This document shows, piece by piece, positions 26,847 through 32,000 of a stretch of 32,000 nucleotides of DNA. The stretch is from Bacteroides phage crAss001: sequence record NC_049977.1. The stretch is one strand, 5' to 3'. The position numbers and the translations under genes are program-made. Each line of letters starts with the position of its first letter. The first letter of the stretch is position 1. Under the pieces are notes generated by a model, which worked only from the letters and a program-made list of their open reading frames with translations, was not told the origin of the DNA and did not search any database.

Positions 26847-27767
26847 TTAACCCCAAGGAGTTGCTGTAGGAGCTGTTGCTGCTCCTAATGGGTCATTATC
26901 AGCAGTGGGTGCAGCAAATGAAGTAGCTTCCACTACATTTTCATGCAAAGGTTGAGTGGAAAACTCAGTGCCCGGAGCACCACCTGCATTCTGAAACTCT
27001 GTGATTGCAGCATCAATCCTACTGTAATCTGTTACAGCATTCTTAGCAAACTTCCTTGTAAATACAGCCTGATACTGTCTTGTACCATTCTCATTATCTA
27101 CAGTTCTGATACCTACTGCACCTTTAACTGTATATGCAGCAGCAAGAGTAACAAGCTCTTTAAGTTCTTTTACATCACCCTTGAATAGAGCTGCCATATC
27201 AAGAGAAACCTCACTGTCAGAGGGGTCTTCCTTCATAATCCACTTACCATCTTTATAGTTGGCAGGATTAGGAATATTCAACCATTGAATAAGGAAGTCA
27301 ATCAAGAATTCCTCACCTTGCCATGCAGGTCTGTAATCTGCACTAATATTGGCTGGTCCAGAAGTGTATTGTGGAATAGACTTGGACTGTAGTTCTTCTT
27401 TTGTAGCCCATGCAGTTCTACCAAACTTATCAATAATCTGGCATTTACCACTTGTCTGACCAATCTTAAAGTCCTTAGTCAGCATGAAGCTGATAGGAAT
27501 AAGCAATTCAATGCCATTGTTCAACTTAGCCTCAGGAGCAGTCTTTGCATAGAATACTACCCTTACCTGTTCCTTACCTTCATCAGTTTTACCAACATAT
27601 TCAGGGTCATTCTCAATCTCTCTGCCTGTGAGAGCTTCTAATTCTGCCTTAGTAGGATTTACAGCTACAATATTGAATGCAGCCATACCTTTGTACATCT
27701 TGAAAGAACCTTCAACTGATTCTTTACCTACTTTAACAGCCATGAAACTTTTGTTTAAATTCTTCAT
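26847..27767 (-). CDS. Probable single-stranded-DNA-binding-like replication protein
   Basis: 306 aa beta-rich protein with disordered Ala/Pro C-terminus, located between primase and other replication genes; no catalytic motif. Confidence 0.35.
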   Translation of the reverse strand: MKNLNKSFMAVKVGKESVEGSFKMYKGMAAFNIVAVNPTKAELEALTGREIENDPEYVGKTDEGKEQVRVVFYAKTAPEAKLNNGIELLIPISFMLTKDFKIGQTSGKCQIIDKFGRTAWATKEELQSKSIPQYTSGPANISADYRPAWQGEEFLIDFLIQWLNIPNPANYKDGKWIMKEDPSDSEVSLDMAALFKGDVKELKELVTLAAAYTVKGAVGIRTVDNENGTRQYQAVFTRKFAKNAVTDYSRIDAAITEFQNAGGAPGTEFSTQPLHENVVEATSFAAPTADNDPLGAATAPTATPWG

Positions 27768-27794
27768 CTTAAATTACTGATTTTTTTTTAGTGA

Positions 27795-28178
27795 TTAATC
27801 CTTGAAAGGCATTTCATCTGCTACTTCTCCAAATGGACTTGCAGGTGCTACCTCTTCTGCCAATGCAACTGCCTCAGATGCAGGTACTTCTACCTCTCCT
27901 ACAACCTCTTCTGAAACTTCTCCTTCTGGAGCTGCTTCTGTTGCTTCTGCTACTGCCATGATACCAGCAAGAACTTCCTCAGAAGTGAAACCACCAGTCA
28001 TAGTCTTGATAGGAGCCTCAAAGCCTTCAATGGCTTCATTGATTACACCCAGTTCTTCCTGTGCTTTCTCAATCTTCTCTACCAGTTTGTCCCTTTTGGT
28101 TCTCAAACTCTTAGTGTTCTGGGCTGTTCTTTTAACAATAGCCAACTCAAATCTACTTAACTCTTTCATAATGTTCAA
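27795..28178 (-). CDS. Hypothetical protein with coiled-coil and acidic Glu/Ala/Val-rich tail
   Basis: LRTKRDKLVEKIEKAQEELGVINEAIEGFEAPI then AEATEAAPEGEVSEEVVGEVEVP. Confidence 0.65.
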   Translation of the reverse strand: MNIMKELSRFELAIVKRTAQNTKSLRTKRDKLVEKIEKAQEELGVINEAIEGFEAPIKTMTGGFTSEEVLAGIMAVAEATEAAPEGEVSEEVVGEVEVPASEAVALAEEVAPASPFGEVADEMPFKD

Positions 28179-28468
28179 TTTATAAAAATTATTTGTCTTT
28201 GTCCCATATTATTGGGCTTACTTTGCAGTTTATTTATGGTATATTTCTTTTCATAATACTCTAATGCCTCTATAAAGAAAGGCTCGAATATCCCCTGTTT
28301 CAAGAGAATAGTAATGAATACTGTAGTTTCATAGTAAGGTTTACCATACTCCAAACAGTAATTCATTAATAGAATATTTATGTCCATTTCAGTCAGTCCA
28401 CCAAAGGCTACAAGCCTACTAATCCTGACTACTTCATCCCTACCCATAGTATTCCTGTGCTTTCTCAA
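28175..28468 (-). CDS. Hypothetical protein (97 aa)
   Basis: Intact ORF. Confidence 0.6.
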   Translation of the reverse strand: MRKHRNTMGRDEVVRISRLVAFGGLTEMDINILLMNYCLEYGKPYYETTVFITILLKQGIFEPFFIEALEYYEKKYTINKLQSKPNNMGQRQIIFIN

Positions 28469-29147
28469 CTACAAGACCCAAATCATTGGGAATATATAGA
28501 GGAAACATACCAACAGGACTCTTTGCAGGATATACTCCATCATCATTGGTAACAAATTCTCTGATGGATTTCTTCTCTTTAGAATCAAAAGAAGACTTAC
28601 CATAAAGAACCACTTCAAACTTACCCTCAGGAGTAATATAGGAATCAACCATGTTACCAGTACTCTTATATTTATAAGAGATACTATCACCATTCTTGTC
28701 TTTATACTCTTCATAATGAGCAAGACAAATCATGTTCTTGTTTTCTGGTACAAGATTGATTGCATCAAAGATTAACCCCATTCCATAACCAATCTGTTTA
28801 GGAGTGTCCCAACCACCTTTCATTGCATTCTTCATATAGAAATCCTGACTGATATAATTCATATCATCCAGTACTATATTGGTGAAAGGAGATTGTGGGC
28901 TGGATAGTGTCTCAATGATTTGTGCAACTTCCTTTGCATCATTGGTTATAATCCTGTTACCCTTAGCAATTTCCTTAAAAGTAGTAACTTGGTACTTACT
29001 TCCACCACCCCTGAAAGGCAAAGGTTTATTCACACAACTTATCAAATAAGTTACTTTAGGGTCCAACCCTTTCAATCCAAGCTCTGGTATTTCTCCAATA
29101 GAGGTTGACTTACCAAAACCTGACTTAGCTAAAATTAATGCTTTCAT
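28440..29147 (-). CDS. P-loop NTPase (RecA/Sak4-like phage nucleotide-binding protein)
   Basis: MKALILAKSGFGKSTSIGEIPELG (Walker A), FTNIVLDDMNYIS (Walker B), ICLAHYEEYKD. Confidence 0.8.
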   Translation of the reverse strand: MKALILAKSGFGKSTSIGEIPELGLKGLDPKVTYLISCVNKPLPFRGGGSKYQVTTFKEIAKGNRIITNDAKEVAQIIETLSSPQSPFTNIVLDDMNYISQDFYMKNAMKGGWDTPKQIGYGMGLIFDAINLVPENKNMICLAHYEEYKDKNGDSISYKYKSTGNMVDSYITPEGKFEVVLYGKSSFDSKEKKSIREFVTNDDGVYPAKSPVGMFPLYIPNDLGLVVEKAQEYYG

Positions 29148-29168
29148 TTTTTTTTTCTTGCTTAAAAT

Positions 29169-30389
29169 TTAGTCTGCAAAGGTAATCAATTTAATCAACC
29201 TATGCAAATTCATCTTCCACTTTCTTACTCTGGCTTTTCTTATAGAGACATTCATGAAAGTATAATTAGTCCTTCTTCTAACAACTGTCTCAATGTACTC
29301 AAGACATCTTTCCAGTTCAGGCTTATTATTGGGTAGTGGAAGCTCAGTAAATGTACTCACTGCTCCATCAAAGAACAATGGACATATTTGACCTCCTGCT
29401 CCATTATCTCTATCCTCAATAACTTGCATAAACCTTATATTGTTTTTAAATTTGGTAACATCATAACCTTCATATTCCCTTAGACCATACTTAAATGGAC
29501 TATATAAACCAAGCACCAGATTTGCATCTCTGGTGGTAGTCTTACAATCTGCAAGACCATCTGATGAAGGCATCATCTTATTCAACTTCTGATTCTCAAT
29601 TCCTTCCTGAGCCTGAGCTTGATGCTGGATTGCAGTGATATTAAAATCAAACTGGTCTCTTTGAGTGATGAAATACTTACTCATCTTCTCAATAGTCTGC
29701 ATTTTATTCATACCACTTTCTGACATCAGATTTGAATAGTTATCCAAGATTACTTCTACATATTCATCCTTATCATCTGGTTCATAATAGTCTATGACAT
29801 CCCTTTCCTCCTCAAGTCCAGCTTCATTCTTCATGATAACCTTCTTGAAGTGGAACTTTCCTCTACTCAAAGCAAAATTCCTACAATACTTGTTGATTCC
29901 TGTAGGATTTCTCTCAGAGTCAATATAGATTACAGTCTCCTTGAACTTCTGAATGTACGTTACATACCTTTCAGATGCAAGTAAGTCTAATATCTCCTGA
30001 GGAACTGGTCTATCAGCAGAAGTACTCTTTAAATCAGTTGGACTTATTCTTATTCTATCAAGCCTGAATAACAGGTGACATAAGAACTCATAGAACTTTT
30101 CTTCCTTACCCATTTCAAGGGTAAAATAGAGTATCTTCAACCTTAGTTGGTCAGGGTGCTCAATTGCATAGAAGAAGGGTTCATAAACAAGCATATAGTC
30201 AGCAAGTTTTGATTTACCAACCTTTTGATTTGCAGTAATAATGTTATACCTTCTTTTCTCTATTCCGGGGAGCCACACTCTTAATCTTGGGAAAGACAAT
30301 GGAATACAATTTATCTTGCCATCCAATATCCTCTGCCTTCGGAGTATTAACTTCTCCAGTGCCCTATCAAATGAATCCTTCTCTTCCAT
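29169..30389 (-). CDS. DnaB-like replicative helicase / RecA-fold ATPase
   Basis: YNIITANQKVGKSKLADYM (Walker A variant), ILYFTLEMGKEEKFYEFL, YVEVILDNYSNLM, FNITAIQHQAQAQEG. Confidence 0.75.
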   Translation of the reverse strand: MEEKDSFDRALEKLILRRQRILDGKINCIPLSFPRLRVWLPGIEKRRYNIITANQKVGKSKLADYMLVYEPFFYAIEHPDQLRLKILYFTLEMGKEEKFYEFLCHLLFRLDRIRISPTDLKSTSADRPVPQEILDLLASERYVTYIQKFKETVIYIDSERNPTGINKYCRNFALSRGKFHFKKVIMKNEAGLEEERDVIDYYEPDDKDEYVEVILDNYSNLMSESGMNKMQTIEKMSKYFITQRDQFDFNITAIQHQAQAQEGIENQKLNKMMPSSDGLADCKTTTRDANLVLGLYSPFKYGLREYEGYDVTKFKNNIRFMQVIEDRDNGAGGQICPLFFDGAVSTFTELPLPNNKPELERCLEYIETVVRRRTNYTFMNVSIRKARVRKWKMNLHRLIKLITFAD

Positions 30390-30392
30390 AGC

Positions 30393-31010
30393 TTAAACCA
30401 ATGTAGTTGTCCAATTATCAGTGAGGTCACTTTCCTGACCAGCATTTTCAATGTAGTTAGCCAGTTCTGAGATAGGTACTTTAGTACCATCCTTTACCTC
30501 TTCTTTCCAAATGAAATATTGAAGCAATCTCATGAACTTATACTCCCCATTGAAGCCAGAAACATAGGCTTGAGTTGCATTGATGATTTGCTCATCAGTG
30601 TAATCATTCCCATACTTCTTAAAGAAAGTCTGTAACTTCCTTTTAATGTCAGTTTTATTTCCTCTCCAATACTGATTGTTAAAGTTCTTTCCTTCTGGAT
30701 AAATGGATTGAAGTTGAGGTACTAATGCTTCAATTCTTTGATTGAAGTCATCAGTCCCCACAGACTTATCAGAGTCAAGAATGATATTATTGACCACATT
30801 ATTTCCCATAGAAGTTACAAATAACCCTACAGGAAGATGTGTTTCCCTATCATAACTTGTACTAATAAGTCCTTTTTTCTTCAACTCACTTTCAGCAGCA
30901 TTGAAATCTACATTGTTTTGAATAGCTATCATAAGTAAGACCTCTCCAAGAGAAACCCCACTCTTCTTAATAACCTTGTCATTCAATGAGATTGTCATAC
31001 TACTATCCAA
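30393..31010 (-). CDS. Hypothetical protein (205 aa)
   Basis: Intact ORF in replication module. Confidence 0.65.
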   Translation of the reverse strand: MDSSMTISLNDKVIKKSGVSLGEVLLMIAIQNNVDFNAAESELKKKGLISTSYDRETHLPVGLFVTSMGNNVVNNIILDSDKSVGTDDFNQRIEALVPQLQSIYPEGKNFNNQYWRGNKTDIKRKLQTFFKKYGNDYTDEQIINATQAYVSGFNGEYKFMRLLQYFIWKEEVKDGTKVPISELANYIENAGQESDLTDNWTTTLV

Positions 31011-31404
31011 TCAGCAATTCAACATGAGCTTCTTCAACTTTCACAGTCTGTTCACAAGCCTCCACAGATTCATTCACAAGTGCAGCACAGTTCAAGAAAT
31101 ATTTCTCAATTTCTTTGTAAACTTTTGCAGCAGTAGCAAATGCTTTACCTTTTGCTCTGGATTCTGCAATCCTCTTACCTGCTTCTTCATTGAAGGCATC
31201 TTCTTCATTGCATCTTGCAATAGCCCTTACTTTGAATGTACCATTCATTCCTACAAGTGGAAGATTAGCCCACATATTAGGATAAATATCATTCCATGCA
31301 GGGTGCTTAGACAACTGCATATCACATTCCAGAACACAAACCACTACCTTCTTTTCAGGATTTACAATGTAGTTTGCTTTAGTAATTTTAACTCTGTTTC
31401 TCAT
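31003..31404 (-). CDS. Hypothetical protein (133 aa)
   Basis: Intact ORF; overlaps neighbours by 4-8 nt. Confidence 0.65.
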   Translation of the reverse strand: MRNRVKITKANYIVNPEKKVVVCVLECDMQLSKHPAWNDIYPNMWANLPLVGMNGTFKVRAIARCNEEDAFNEEAGKRIAESRAKGKAFATAAKVYKEIEKYFLNCAALVNESVEACEQTVKVEEAHVELLIG

Positions 31405-32000
31405 ACTTTTATTTCATTTAAATTTGTTTTCACAACCAGCTCTGGATTATAATCCTCAAGCATCTTTTCAACTAACTCCTCTTCCCTTGTACCACTAAAG
31501 TAAGGGATAATAATGATGGGGTCTTTGTGCCTGAGTATTCTACCCAATCTTTGTTTGATGATAATATCACTGCTGTTTAGATTAGCATATAAACCAACTC
31601 TGCAATCTACAAGGTTCATACCTTCATTCAACATATTACATGCTGTAATGTGGTCCAACTCCTTATGATTAAACATATCAAGTACCATAGAGGATTCTTT
31701 GTTCTTACTGTTAATACAGTTTTCCCCTAATATTTCTGTTTGCTCAATAGAGCTACAGAATGTAAGTACCCTCTCTAATTTCAGCTTCTCCAGAAGAGAT
31801 AAGATAATAGGGTTCTTTAATTGTGAAAGGAATTTGAGCCTTTGACCTGCAAGGAATAACCATTTTGTCTTTACTCCTTCATTTCTTGTTCTCATGTATT
31901 GCCTCTTCCAGAACTCTATCTTGCTTCCTAACTCTATCACATACTGTAATTCAGTACACTTAATATGCACCTGAATAGATTTATCCCTTAAGTAAGACCA
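31401..32000 (-). CDS. SF2 helicase C-terminal region (partial, N-terminus beyond right edge)
   Basis: Open to the right edge (WSYLRDKSIQVHIK...). Motifs V/VI: ACNMLNEGMNLVDCRVGLYANLNSSDIIIKQRLGRILRHKDP. Confidence 0.82.
   Translation of the reverse strand, partial: WSYLRDKSIQVHIKCTELQYVIELGSKIEFWKRQYMRTRNEGVKTKWLFLAGQRLKFLSQLKNPIILSLLEKLKLERVLTFCSSIEQTEILGENCINSKNKESSMVLDMFNHKELDHITACNMLNEGMNLVDCRVGLYANLNSSDIIIKQRLGRILRHKDPIIIIPYFSGTREEELVEKMLEDYNPELVVKTNLNEIKV

Noticed and set aside
446-31452. About 27 plus-strand ORFs of 60-188 aa, including 22854..23420 (188 aa) and 30976..31452 (158 aa)
   Set aside because: They are antisense to well-supported minus-strand genes with recognisable motifs and low-complexity Ser/Phe/Leu/Ile-rich translations; typical mirror ORFs of an AT-rich genome.
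1-32000. Alternative genetic code (TAG or TGA reassignment as in some gut megaphages)
   Set aside because: Standard-code ORFs are full-length, tightly packed and end at TAA/TGA with complete domain signatures; no reassignment is needed in this window.
1-32000. CRISPR arrays, tRNA/rRNA genes, transposons, retroelements (DGR)
   Set aside because: No regularly spaced direct repeats, no cloverleaf-like sequence in the short intergenic gaps, and no transposase or reverse transcriptase motifs were seen. The only mobile-type gene is the HNH endonuclease.

Overview
All supported genes in this 32 kb window lie on the minus strand. They form a compact block that looks like the replication and nucleotide-metabolism region of a large, AT-rich tailed phage of a Bacteroidota host, plausibly crAss-like. 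In transcription order (right to left) the block encodes: an SF2 helicase fragment, a DnaB-like ATPase, a P-loop NTPase, a probable SSB-like protein, a Toprim primase, a five-gene ubiquitin-like conjugation cassette, uracil-DNA glycosylase, two PD-(D/E)XK nucleases, class II ribonucleotide reductase, dUTPase, an HNH homing endonuclease, a membrane-anchored retropepsin-like protease, a family A DNA polymerase, a P-loop polynucleotide kinase, a HAD hydrolase, a phosphoribosyltransferase-like protein, a small radical SAM protein, ThyX and a VWA protein. The left edge is a giant ORF, open from 4723 to base 1, with a DFDVD motif typical of crAss-like/YonO-type single-chain RNA polymerases. The highlight is 20582-25804: a Ubl-domain protein, a candidate E2-like protein, a JAMM/JAB peptidase with an intact E + HxH-x7-S-x2-D signature, a ThiF/E1-like adenylyltransferase and a conserved-looking partner, all between primase and uracil-DNA glycosylase. 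Other points of interest are a host-type (Bacteroidetes) promoter and terminator pair before the RNA polymerase gene, a strong terminator inside the Ubl cassette, recurrent poly(A) leaders with a shared ATCACTAAAAAAAAA motif, a phage retropepsin-like protease, and non-canonical catalytic motifs in the DNA polymerase and primase. All family assignments come from reading motifs in the sequence; no database search was run.
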